Shown here: positions 13,050-25,923 of the stretch, in pieces
How the letters are laid out: each line of letters opens with the position of its first letter
Numbering within the stretch: position 1 is the stretch's first letter
Source: Octopus vulgaris
Taxonomy: Eukaryota
Direction: 5' to 3'
DNA: 64,000 bases
Assembly (NCBI GenBank): GCA_951406725.2
Contig: OX597814.1
Coordinates: forward strand, 97,588,001 to 97,652,000
Position numbers and translations under genes: made by a program
Notes under the pieces: generated by a model
Told to the model about the DNA's origin: nothing
The model's input: the letters and a program-made list of their open reading frames with translations, nothing else
The model's database searches: none

Positions 13050-13471
13050 CTAAATGTATTCAAAAAAAAAAAGTGAATTAGTAAACTCCCAAATAAAGCT
13101 TCATTTCACATTGAATATTAGAAAGAAATAAGAAAGCCAACTGGAACAAGTTACGCAAGTTAATATTTTTACTGTTTAAAAAGAAATTCCTTATGTGAAA
13201 ACACTATATGCCACTACTTGCAAAACCTGAAACATTTATCATCATTTAACATCCACTTGTCCATGCTTGCAAGGGTCAAACTTTGCTGAAGTACATTCTC
13301 TATGGCCTGATGACTTTCCTGTCACCAACCCTCACTTGTTTCCAAGCAAGATAATATTTCTCCATGGTCAAACATGTTTTGGCAGAATATTGGAAATGAA
13401 TGAGTGACTATCATATACAATTACCATGCAAAGTCAAAATGTCGAGACTAGGAGACCTACATACTTATTTA

Positions 13472-13514
<43 letters not shown>

Positions 13515-13520
<6 letters not shown>

Positions 13521-14977
13521 GACAAGTCACAAACGCCTTCAGGTAGATGGCCCTGCTCGATCTGTAGAAAAGGCGTAGGTAGAAACTCTATAAGATGCAC
13601 CAAGTGTAAGCTATGGACACATAAGAGGTGCAGCAACGTCAAAGGAAGGCTAACTAGGAAGATAGTTTTTGTATATGGCAGATGCTCAGGAGCAATAAAC
13701 ACTGAAAATACGCAGAGACCGACTTCCACCACATTCCAGGGAGAAAAACTAGAAATAGTTGATAGCTTCCATTACCAAGATGACCAAGTCAGTAGTGTGT
13801 GTTGAAAGTGTAACTGCTAGAGTAAGAATAGCCAAGCCAAAGTTCAGAGAGCCATTACCTCTGCTAGGGACAAAAGGCTTCTTGCTCAGAGTAAAAGGCA
13901 GGCTGTATGACGCATGTGTACGAACAGCCATGCTACATGGCAGTGAAACATGGTCCGTGACTGCTGAGGATATGTATAAGCTTGCAAGAAATGAAGCCAG
14001 TATGCTCCGATGGATGGGTAATGTCAGTGTTCATACTTGACAGAGTGTAAGTACCTTGAGAGAAAAGTTGGACCTAAGAAGCATCAGTTGTGGTGTGCAA
14101 GAGAGACGTTTGCGCTGGTATGGTCATGTGGCGAGAATGTATGAAGATAGTTGTATGAAAAAGTGCCACACCCTAGTGGCTGAGGGAACCTGTGGAAGAG
14201 GTAGACTCAGGAAAACCTGGGACGAGGTGGTGAAGCATGACCTTTGAACTTTAGGTCTCACCGAGGAAATGACTAAAGACTGAGACCTTTGGAAGTATGC
14301 TGTGCGTGAGAAGACCCAGCAGGACAAGTGAGACCATAATGCATGGCCTCTACCTGGGATGTAGCCAGTCCACTTATGCATACCTTTCCTTCTTGGGACA
14401 CAAAACTCTACTTGTGAAGACCTGTTGAGGCAAGTGAAAATCAAAATCAAAATCGATCAACATCAATGGAAATTGTAGCTGTGATACCAGTGCCGGTGGC
14501 ACATAAGAGAACCATCCGAACGTGGCCGTTACCAGCGCCGCCCCAACTGGCCTCCGTGCCGGTGGCACGTAAAAAGCACCATCCAATCGTGGCCGTTGCC
14601 AGCCTTGCCTGGCCTCCGTGTCAGTGGCACGTAAAAAGCACCATCTGATCATGGCCATTTGCCAGCCTCGTCTGGCACGTAAAAAGCACCATCCGATCGT
14701 GGCCGTTGCCAGCCTCGCCTGGACCCCATGCCAGTGGCACGTAAAAAGCACCATCCGACCGTGGCCGTTTGCCAGCCCCCTCTGGCACCTGTGCTGGTGG
14801 CACGTAAAAAGCACCCACTACACTCACGGAGTGGTTGGCGTTAGGAAGGGCATCCAGCCGTAGAAACATTGCCAGATCAGACTGGGCCTGGTGCAGCCTT
14901 CTGGCTTCCCAGACCCTAGTTGAACCGTCCAACCCATGCTAGCATGGAAAGCGGACGCTAAACAATGATGATGATGA
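13515..14977 (+). mobile_element. 5'-truncated RTE-clade LINE (C-terminal ORF plus 3'UTR)
   Basis: KGRLYDACVRTAMLHGSETW, RRLRWYGHVARM and GRGRLRKTW motifs; PHD-like Cys/His cluster at the start; 3'UTR with six TGGCACGTAAAAAGCACC-type units; (GAT)n tail; stops and an internal deletion. Confidence 0.9.
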
Positions 14978-17900
14978 TATATAATGGGCTTATTTCATTT
15001 TCTATCTACCAAATCCACTCACAGGACTATAGATGGCCTGGTGCCATAGTAGAAATCACTTGCCCATGGTGCCATACTATATGACTGAATTTGTAACGTG
15101 GTTTGGAAGAGAGCTTCTCAACCACACAGCTATGTCCACACCTAAATAGCTGCTGACGGTGCTATGCAGTAGGACTGGCCCTATAACCATAGTAACTTGT
15201 AAGTATCATACTATCTCCAATCATTCCTATCTGTCTCTTCTGCTTCACTCTATCTGTTCAAGCTTGAACTGTATTTCTGGATTACTACCTCAACCATCTC
15301 TCTCTCTCTCTCTCTCTCTTACATTCCAATAACTATGTCAGAACTGTATCTCTTATTAATATTCCACAGTGTTCACCAAATCAGATATGTATTCCCCAAA
15401 ATTTTCAGAATTTCCAAGTAGCAACTGTTATTGCACTTCAATTTCCATTCTCACTTTGATGGCCAAAAATAAAATGAACTTGAATGTTCCAGAAGACAAA
15501 AAAAAAAAATTACTTAAATGTTGTATCTGGGGAGAGTCGTTCTTTTTTTAGTGCCTTATTATTTAACACACTCACCGGTAAAATTTCCACTTATTTTTTA
15601 TTTTCTAAAATTTTTGTTGCGTCTTGCAACCTTTTCAATAGTCTTGACTGTGTCCGTTATTTACACTGCATTCCCTTTTGTTTGTTTGTGTGCATGTGTG
15701 TGGGTGCCTATACATGCATACACGTACGTATGTATGTGTGTTTGCATGGGTATGTATATATATGTGTGCGTATGCATATGTATGTATGTGTGTGCATCTG
15801 TATGTACATATCCTGCATATTTATGTGCCCACCTGTCCGTGTTTGTGTTTTTTCTAAATACTTAAATGATTTGCTGAAAAAAGTAATATTGCCATGCAAC
15901 TGTTGGCTTAAAAAAAAAAAAAAAAGGAAAGTCATATATGACAATGACAGTGGTATAGAAGATGGCAGTAACAATGGTGACGATTTATTGCTAGATCTTT
16001 TTCAGTTCCTAAATGTATCTAGAAAACTCCATAAAATATTGGTTTTCTTTATAAAAGCTAAACACTGCATATTAAATCAGATGCCTCATCATATTTGCAT
16101 GATGCATATCCCTACTGCCCAATTAACAAAAAAAAAAAGCATTTGTTCAATAAGACTCCATATACTTTACTCAAAATTGAGATATATCGTTTTTACCATT
16201 AGTGAAAATATTCTTTTTTCCATTTCTCATATGCATTTTTGTGATATTTAACTACTACCGTTTCTTTAAAAATTTCCCTAAGAAACAAAAAAAAATATCC
16301 ATGCTGTCTTTTCATTACCATGTAGCAAAAACATTTTTTTTCCTTAAAAACTGCAATCCACTGCCCTCCTCAATGTACCAATGATCCTTAAATTCTATAT
16401 AATTCAGCAGCTTTGTTTCAGATCAGTTCACATTATTTGTAGGAGTTTGCCTAAAAAATCATGCAGTCCAGGGTTCAATCTCACTGTGCAGCAACTTGAG
16501 CAAGTGAGTTAACCCCAAGCCTTGAGTGAAATCTGGTAGATGGAGACACTACAGAAACCTGTCAGATATGTGTACCAATGTATATATCAACAGGTGTGTG
16601 TCAGTGTATGCTTGTTTCAACATTTGATAGCAAATGATGTACCCAATGAAAATACATTAGCTGTTCATCTTCCCAAGTCAAAATAAGTGCCAGATAAAGT
16701 ACAGTTGGTTATGATCAACTAAAACACTAAGCCAATGCCCCAGCATGGCCATAGTCTGTTTGAAATGTGCAAAAGAATGAGAGATTAGTTAAGATGCTGA
16801 ACTACTTGCCCTTGGATAATTCATTTATGTCATTTGTGATATGAGATCAATATGCTTTAATACTAAACTTAGATTACTTTGATAAGACTAAAATAATTCA
16901 GAGCAAAATGTCACTTAATCTGTTATCTTTATTTTTGCTTTAAGCCTTTTGTTACCAGATTTTCTATTAAAATACACTACCGTGGTTTTAATTAATTTTG
17001 AAAATATTGATGAATTTGGTAAAATAATTTTATCATTATTAAATTGGTGTTTGGAACAAATTAACATAAAATTTTGATGGATGGTTTTAATTTAGATTAC
17101 TTTAAAATAGTTTGTATTATAGAACCAAAAGTGGTCTCATTCAGTTTCATAACAAAAGAGTTAAAGTGTATATAATTCCAAATTCATGGGATTTATATCT
17201 TTAGTTATTCTATAAATAAAATGAAATTTTTATCTATGGAAACTGTTTTGACAATTTGATAAAATAAACTTTGATAGTCTGATATGTGTTGTGTATGTAT
17301 ATTTTTATCATTCATAAAATGCATTATATTGCTTTCAAATTGTATAGTTATCAACAGTACACATAAAAAGCAGGATATCTTCAAACTATATAGCTATAGA
17401 CCCTTTAATTCCCAACCTAGGTTTCTCTAACTCAGAACATTACATTTTTGATAAGGCAAAAGCATTTAATACATATTATTAATCTCTCCTTCATTCATTA
17501 TTGGCATCTACCACTTTCTCTCTTAGCATCATCTTTGATACCCATCATTCTCTTTCTCTCTCATATCATTCATTACTGACATACAGCCCTCTCTCACTTC
17601 AATTACTCCCTCTTCCATCACTGTGTCTCCCTATCACTTCTTTTTCATCCAACATAACGCTCAGGCTGTTCTAGTCAATCTCCTTGCCACCAACTATCAT
17701 ATGGTTGTCTATCATCATTACTCCCTCCTCTATAACCCTCACTTCTATGACTATTCCTCTTGTCATACTCTCTTCTATCACAATCTTACCCAGTTATTTT
17801 TTATAATCCACTCTTTTCATCCTCTTAATCATCTCATCATCAACAAGTGAAAACAACATAGGGTAGAGAACTCATTCATCTTGCAGTCTCTTGTACTGGT

Positions 17901-18544
17901 GCCATGATAAAATGCACCCAGTGGCTGGTGATAGGAAACATATCAGCCATAGAAAACATATTGAAAAATGTACATGCAAGACATGGTCCTCAAACTCTCT
18001 ATGAGGGCAGTTATTCCAGTAAGAATTGGCTTGGTTTATAACAGCCCATCTAATCCACACTGGCATGGGAAAGAGGACATAAAATGATAATCTGTATTTT
18101 ATGCTCTGTTTCAGTTTGAAGCTGTTATCAGTTCACAACATTGCTGCACACTTCATCTTCATGCCTTCAAGACCAGATTGAAAAGCAAAAGAAAATTAAA
18201 ACAAGAGGCTATCCATTTTAGTGTGTGTTTGTGTGTATACATTTGTATTCCAGTGCACACATGCAATGATGTACATATGTATTTAAATGTGGATAAGAGA
18301 GGGAGGGTAGTGAATATATCACCTTTTGTATATGTGTACCTTTGGTGTGAGTATTTGGATGTCAGTGTATGTGTGTGTGTGTGTGTGCATCTGTGATAGA
18401 CTCAAGGGTAAATTGCTTACATGTATGTAGATATGAATGAAAATGTATGCATTTATGTATAATACATTCATTATCTACTCCATTAGCAAGTATTTTATGA
18501 AGAATGCATTGTAAATAACAATTAACCAAATTGATATTACTTAC

Positions 18545-18603
18545 ACATCTTTGAAAGTAGGTAAACTTTTATCAGGTGTAAATGCATCCAATAAACCAAT
18601 GAT
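18545..18603 (-). CDS. p38: p38 MAPK exon 3
   Basis: 59 nt; acceptor AATATAG, donor GTAAGT; IIGLLDAFTPDKSLPTFKD(V), aligning with p38 VIGLLDVFTP...FNDV. Confidence 0.93.
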
Positions 18604-19609
18604 CTATATTCAAACAGACAAAAATAAAAAGCATGTATTAGTCACAAGCATTACATAAATGAATTAAAGTATTTATCTCAATATATATATATATATATAT
18701 CCTGTTATGACAAGAATTTACAAACTTTTGAAGAACAGGAAATTCTTTTTTGGAACTGGATCTCAAAGCACAGCAGCAGTCTTTGTCTTTTTCTATCCAA
18801 AAGGGATTTTCAATCCAATATTTACAAGCTATTTTACAAGCCAGTGCCAGTTTAAAAGCACTCAGCACACAGTGCAACGTGGTTGGCATTAGGAAGGGCA
18901 TAGAAACCAAGCCAAATCAGATTGGAGTCTGGTGCAGCTCCTCAGCTCTGGTCAAATTGTCCAACCCATGCAAGAGTGGAAAATGGACGTTAAAGGATGA
19001 TGAAGGAAAAGATAGACAGTAAAACTGAGAAAATACCATATTCAATTTCACTGTCAACATTTTCCTTCACCTGGCAACTTTTCTCAACTCTGACAACAGG
19101 CATTAAGATTGTATGCAGATAATAACCATGTACAGAAAATTAAAGCAGAGATACAAATGAGGATGCTTGAGCCAACAAGAGTCTCTGTGATCACTTGACC
19201 TGCAGAAGAAAACCACATCTCCCTCAAATCATATCCTACTATTTCAAAATAAAAGGATATGTTAAACAATACAGCCACTGGTGTACAAATTGATGGAATG
19301 GACATAGTTAGAGTGCCTTTGATCATAGGCCTGCTAGATCAGGATTGACTTCACTTAAGGAAGACTAAAAAGGTTCAGTGAGCTCCACAGTGCCAGGTCT
19401 ACTTTTACTCATTACATCTAGCAGTGACTTGCTCTTATAAATAAAAACTATGCACTCTGTTTGAAAGTATTGAGTATCCTGCAGTTTAATAAAAACAATT
19501 TAATTATGTCCCCTACACTCTTTCTTTACTATATTATAGGCCAACAGTTTTGCCAGCTCACCACCTTTCAGTTCTCATATTTACAAAAAAGAAAATTAAT
19601 ATAGCTTAC

Positions 19610-19739
19610 ATTTTCATGTGTCATGTAACGTAACATGCGAATTTCCCTATATGTTCTCTTGGCATGGATTGAAGTTAGGAATGGACGACTCAGTTTTTTT
19701 ATAGCAACATCTTTCCCTGTGATTTTATCGTATGCAGAG
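19610..19739 (-). CDS. p38: p38 MAPK exon 2, transcriptionally downstream tandem copy
   Basis: Same 130-nt exon with intact AG/GT sites and identical peptide; joins exon 1 (phase 2) to exon 3 (phase 0). Confidence 0.8.
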
Positions 19740-20382
19740 CTGTAAGAGAAAGAGAGAGAAAAAAATACTAATTAATATTATTAGAAAGGGAGGTAAGTAA
19801 ACATTATTTGTACTATTTAAATGCTACTGGAAGCTAAAAGCAATACAAATAATAGGATAGTAAATTGTACATGATTTTATGGAAGTTCTCTGACGTAACT
19901 CATTTAGATTAATTAATTTGACAGATAATCTTTATATATAAAAGTAAGGTTGTGTGTCTGTGGTCACTTGACCTGCAGAAGAAAACCACATCTCCCTCAA
20001 ATCATATCCTACTATTTCAAAATAAAAGGATATGTTAAACAATACAGCCACTGGTGTACAAATAGATGGAATGGACATAGTTAGAGTGCCTTTGATCATA
20101 GGCCTGCTAGATCAGGATTGACTTCACTTAAGGAAGACTAAAAAGGTTCAGTGAGCTCCACAGTGCCAGGTCTACTTTTACTCATTACATCTAGCAGTGA
20201 CTTGCTCTTATAAATAAAAACTATGCACTCTGTTTGAAAGTATTGAGTATCCTGCAGTTTAATAAAAACAATTTAATTATGTCCCCTACACTCTTTCTTT
20301 ACTATATTATAGGCCAACAGTTTTGCCAGCTCACCACCTTTCAGTTCTCATATTTACAAAAAAGAAAATTAATATAGCTTAC

Positions 20383-20512
20383 ATTTTCATGTGTCATGTA
20401 ACGTAACATGCGAATTTCCCTATACGTTCTCTTGGCATGGATTGAAGTTAGGAATGGACGACTCAGTTTTTTTATAGCAACATCTTTCCCTGTGATTTTA
20501 TCGTATGCAGAG
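20383..20512 (-). CDS. p38: p38 MAPK exon 2, transcriptionally upstream tandem copy
   Basis: 130 nt; acceptor TTACAG, donor GTAAGC; (C)[43 protein letters not shown] with VAIK lysine and helix-C RE; one synonymous difference (ACG vs ACA) from the other copy. Which copy is used is unknown. Confidence 0.8.
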
Positions 20513-20701
20513 CTGTAAGAGAAAGAGAGAGAAAAAAATACTAATTAATATTATTAGAAAGGGAGGTAAGTAAACATTATTTGTACTATTTAAATGCTAC
20601 TGGAAGCTAAAAGCAATACAAATAACAGGATAGTAAATTGTACATGATTTTATGGAAGTTCTCTGACGTAACTCATTTAGATTAATTAATTTGACAGATA
20701 A

Positions 20702-21076
20702 TCTTTATATATAAAAGTAAGGTTGTGTGTCTGTCTCCTATGATTTAGATTCCTAACTACTCCCACATTTTGCGGTGCAGTTTAACCAAAACTTATCTTA
20801 TAGTTGTGATTAATACCTTCTGGGTATTAGTGCGTGTCTACGATGAGTCTATGATTTTAAAAAAATTTACCATCATTTTTTTCCATTTTAATGCATTTTT
20901 TCGCTATTATATAAGGGAAGTAACTCTCTAAAAATGTCTTCGATGGATCAACGATTTAAAAAAAAATTTACCATAACTTTTTTTCCATTTTTTTGCTATT
21001 TTTTGGCTATAACTCTAAAAATGCTTATATAGTTATTTCCCTTACAAACCCGAGCAATGCCAGGCGATACTGCTAG
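20702..21076 (+). mobile_element. Non-autonomous Helitron (5' type A, 3' type X)
   Basis: A|TC start, subterminal hairpin-like CCCGAGCAATGCCAGG, CTAG end, no TSD. Confidence 0.85.
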
Positions 21077-21413
21077 TCTTTATATATAAAAGAGAGGTTG
21101 TGTGCTGTCTGTCTCCTACGATTTAGATTCCTAACTACTCCCACATTCTGGGTATTAGCGCGTGTCTACGATGAGTCTACGATTTAAAAAAAAATTTACC
21201 ATCAATTTTCCCCATTTTTAATGCATTTTTGGTATATATAAGGGAAGTAACTCTCTAAAAATTTATTAAATCTCAGAACGTAAAAAGCTACAGTAACACC
21301 TCCCCCCCTTTGTGGTTAGCCATATTGAGATGGTTATTATACTTTACATCTCTAAAAATGTTTATATAGTTATTTCCCTTACAAACCCGAGCAACGCCGG
21401 GCGATACTGCTAG
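21077..21413 (+). mobile_element. Non-autonomous Helitron, head-to-tail with the previous copy
   Basis: TC starts immediately after the CTAG of the first copy; hairpin CCCGAGCAACGCCGGG; CTAG|T end. Confidence 0.85.
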
Positions 21414-24130
21414 TAAATAATACAAAAACAAATGTGCAAACAATACCATAAGAGAAACATGACAGCGAAATATTAATAGATAGTCTTAACTAAAACCAAA
21501 TTTTTATAATTTCTTCCAGTCAATGTAAAACAATCTGAACTGCACACAAAAGTATCTTATCTACTCTTTGAACCATTCATTACTAATTATGTTGCATCTC
21601 TGACAGCTCAGTACCTTTGCCAAGAACAAATTACAACACAAGGAACAGAATATAATTCAATAATTTTCTTTACTCATTGAACTGCACTGTAATAATAATG
21701 GTGTAAAAGAAGACATCCAAAAAATTCAGCTAACCTAGGATAATTAAAGCAAGTCAGCTGAATTATCATTAAAGTGATAAGAGAAAACGAAAAGCAGAAA
21801 GAGTCCATATAAAAGGGTAATTAACAGGTACATATGTTAGACGTTTTCTGTTGATTCAAAACTTATAATTGAAAAGAAAAGAGATTGAAATCAAATATAT
21901 TTATAGCATAAATATAACTTTAGGGTTAAGGCAAGCAAAACATCAATTATCCTTTTATTTTTTTTGCAATATCCTCAATAAAACACAGCTGATCTATCTC
22001 ACTGCTTTGCACATACAGAAGGTCCCAAATTTGGGAAAAGAACTTCTCTGCAACTGTTACAATAAACACATCTTGAATGTAATATTACAACAGCTGAAAG
22101 TATGGATGACATCCAGTTGTGAAAAACCTTAGCAAAAATTTTGAGCAAAGCAATGTAGTTGGAACCACTACTAAAAGTATCAATAGAACCAGTATAGCTC
22201 AGACAGGTTTTTCGAGCATTAAGAGGTACTAGATGTGGAATGCAGTAGTCTTCAGATCACATCCAACATACACTAGCATTGTAAAACAAATATCAAGCTG
22301 ATGATGCAAAAACAGTTTTCACAATATTTGCCTTAATATATTATACAAGAATAATTTCAATTATATAAGTATTACATCAATATCTTCACAGACTATTTTT
22401 TTTTTTTTTATTTACATCTATAATAAAGAGGGTTTTATGTCCTGATTTTCTTTTCAAACAAAACTAGTTCTCAAAATATATAATTTTTCTTTCCATGGTA
22501 AATGATCCCCATCCCAATCCTCAAAGAATGTTTTATTTCCCTATATTACTAATAAATATTTGACCACTCCTACAAAGTTCTCACAGGATAAGTAAAAAAA
22601 AATAAACATATGATACATTAACAGTTGAAGTAGAGTAAATTAACTGACTTTTCTTGTTTTAACTTTTAAATGCCCCTAGTAGAGAATCTCTTAAATATTT
22701 ATCTAAAAAATACAGACTGAAATGTTTTCTGCACAGTACAGAATAGACCTACAAATAATAAAAAGTATCATGTCAGAAAAATTACCACTTACTGCAGTTC
22801 ACTGAATTTACTGCCAATCCTGACCTTGCTTATAACCTCTGGAATCAACTAGTTAATAATTAACTCACACCTAGCCTCTTCAATAACACCAAACTACAGA
22901 ATGGAGGAGACTATGAAAGTCCTTCTCATAGTTGAAAGTATGGATAGTTCGTACTTAGCTCAAACTTTCTGTAACAGTTTGACATGCCACATCTTTGTAC
23001 CAAATATAACTGCAGGGTTTCTGTTCCTTTTATTTTGTCTGTAACTAGTCATATTGACTTTCATGTATTCCTTCAGTATTGTAATTGTTGTAAAATCTGA
23101 AGTCAACTCTGTCAAGTAGCCATATGGTTAAAGACAGCTACCTGATTGTGTATCTAAGTTTGATGTGTTAATTTTGTATTTTTTAAAAGACAGTAGGATG
23201 TAATCTGAAGGATATTTGGTTATTAATTCAAGCATATTATGTTCCCTTGATGGCTATTTAGTATCATAGTAATGGATGATAATGCTATTATGGTAGCCAT
23301 TACATATAACTTATTACATAGCCTAATTAACTATATAAGTAACTAGTATAGCAGCAACTCCTCTTGTAAGTTACTGGAGGATAACGAATTAGTTGTCTTT
23401 ACTGGTTTTCTTGCATTGATTCAATAGAAGTAACACTGAAGTGCTTTCTTATTTTCTCCCGCAGCACTGCCTACTTAAAAGACCACTTGTCAATTTTACA
23501 GTAGCACTACTATGTAGAGTGGTTTGTTGCTCCAGCTACTCTGAAGTACTTATTTGCAACTAGATGAACTGGGCTTTTTGAGAATATCTTGGCCACTAAC
23601 ATAAAACAATGTTGATGACAAGACACAAAACACCAGCCTTTCAGATGGCTTTTCTGATAATCTATCAACTAAATACTAATTATCAATTCCTTAAAACTAT
23701 AGAGCATATAGGATTGTATATTGTTAACATATTTCTCAAAAGCATTTGAAACATAAGTAAAATAGGTCAAATAGGGATCAAAACTAGGTCAGGATTCCGA
23801 ATCCAAGAACCTAACAACTGCAAACAAGATGCAGAATTAATTACTAACAAAGGATACTTCAAAGACACAATAGTCAAGAAGTAAAAGCAATGTGTTTCCA
23901 GACCAAGTAATAATAAACCTTGCATTCTATCTGAAGATAAAGCACATCACTCAACTCAGCATGTGTGTAAGTGTCTATATACATGTATAACTTCACTACA
24001 GAATGATTGTTATTAAAATACTCCAACGGGTTAAGAAAATTTCCACCTTTGGAAAAACAGATGTAAAAATTATTTTTCAAGTAAAATAGAAAACTCAGCT
24101 GCCTTTCGTAATTTAAGAATTATTATTATA

Positions 24131-24933
24131 CAGGGTGGGTCAAAAGTCACTAAGGGGTTGCAATATTTAATAACCATTTTTTTTTTTTTGAAAATTAATT
24201 GGAAAACAGATTTTATAAAGACCTTAGAGATTAACTGAACACACAAACTGTGAAATTTTGCTTGCCAAGAGAATCAATGATTAAACATTTAATTGGTCAT
24301 TTTGAGGGACAGGGTTCAGAGCAAACTTCCATGAACTGGCAGACCCCACTCCATTAGGAATGAAGCCACTGTCAGGCTTGTAAAGGAGAGTGCCGGAGAA
24401 GACCCGAGTACATCAATGCAAAATCAGTCTAGATAAAATATTCTGAAAACTTAACCTTTTTCTGTTGGTGCAACAAGTGAAGCCTACAATATGCAGTTAG
24501 ATTCCAAGAATTAGCAAGAGAAGATCCCAAATTTATCCACAAGCTGATAGTGTCAGATGAAGCACATTTTCATTTGATTAGCTTCATTAACAAACAAGAT
24601 TTGGGGTTCAAAAAAATCCTAAGGCAATTCACCAAAGGGAATTGCATCCCCTAAAGAGTGTGGTCTGGTGTGAGGTTACATCAGAAGTGATTAGACCTTA
24701 TTTTGTTGAAGACAACGATGGGGACCTTGTCACTGTTATAGGAGATGAATATTGGTTTATGACTGAAAATTTTGTACTTCCAGCATCTTGAGATAAACCC
24801 AACATATGGTTCCAATGGGACAGGGCCACAGCTCATGCAGCAAGAACACAATCCAACTGATCAAGCATATTTTTGAGAGAAGAATTTCCTATGGTTGCAA
24901 CATATGCTGGCCATCGTGTTCTCCAGAAATGAT
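24131..24933 (+). mobile_element. Tc1/mariner transposon remnant with decayed transposase
   Basis: TA|CAGGGTGGGTCAAAAGTCAC terminus; motifs SDEAHFHL (24553), VWCEV...PYF, WFQWDRATAH (cf. FQQDGATAH) and WPSCSPE (cf. WPPRSPDL); frameshifts and stops. Confidence 0.85.
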
Positions 24934-25923
24934 GCAAGACACCTATTTCTGCCTCTCTATTTCTCTGTCACACTCTGACCTTTCATCACCTGATACTAGA
25001 TTACCTCCTACAACACCCCCTCCATTATAGCAAGACACATGTTTCTGCCTCTCTGTCTCTATGCCACACGCTAACCTTTCATCCTCTGACATGAGTTCCC
25101 CTCCTCAAATGCCCCTGCCCTTCTCAAAATTCTTTGTCTTGTGAGTTACTTAGTGACCCATCCAGTGCTGGTGCCACGTAAAAAGCATCCAGCCCACACT
25201 GTAAAGTGGTCGGTATTTGGAAGGGCATCTAGCCATAAAAATCATGCCAAAACTAACCTCGCCTGCGCTAGTGCCATATAAAAAGCACTGAGTCCACCCT
25301 GCAGTGGTTGGTGTTAGTAGGGGCATCTAGCTGTAAAAATCCTGTCAAAACAGACACAGTAGCCTAGGGTAGTTTTCTACCTGGCTGGCTCCTGTCAACT
25401 GTCCTACCCATGCATGCATGGAAGACAGACGTTTGAGAATGATGATGAAGATGACTGGATATGATACCATGGTTATTGTAAATTTAAAACAAAAAAATAA
25501 AGGAGTTAGTAAACAATCAAACCCCATCATAACTTTGCCCACCCAGTAAATATCAACCAATTGGCAGAGTCATTATAGCATAGAGTAGGTTGCAGTAATT
25601 GTTTCAGTTCTCTACACTCTGAGTTCAAATCCTGCCAAAATCAACTCTGCCTTTTATCCTTTCGGGGCCAACAAAACAACAATGCTGTATAGGGCCAATT
25701 CTTGTTTCCCTCATTCGTTCTTTCTATTTGTCATTTATTCTCACTTTTGATTAAACCTAGAAAGGGATGGACTCCACTAGGTCTACAAATGCCTAAGACT
25801 TACCATTTGTCACAGCAGTGCCCTTACAACTCCATCACTGAGTCAAGGGTCTAAGGCAATGTAAGATACACATACATACATACATATACATACATATTAT
25901 ATATATATATATACACACACATA

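Larger units (their letters stand above)
19184..20734. repeat. 773-bp tandem duplication containing p38 exon 2
   Basis: Constant 773-nt offset; four differences seen (19190/19963, 19291/20064, 19652/20425, 19853/20626); TCTGT microhomology at 19184, 19957 and 20730. Confidence 0.97.

Noticed and set aside
14490-14830. CRISPR-like spacing of TGGCACGTAAAAAGCACC repeats
   Set aside because: The 'spacers' are homologous to each other, the array is in a LINE 3'UTR, the DNA is eukaryotic and no cas genes are present.
15484-16251. Longest non-TE ORF (255 aa)
   Set aside because: Built from TG/TA microsatellite-like and poly-A tracts; no recognisable domain; antisense within a p38 intron.
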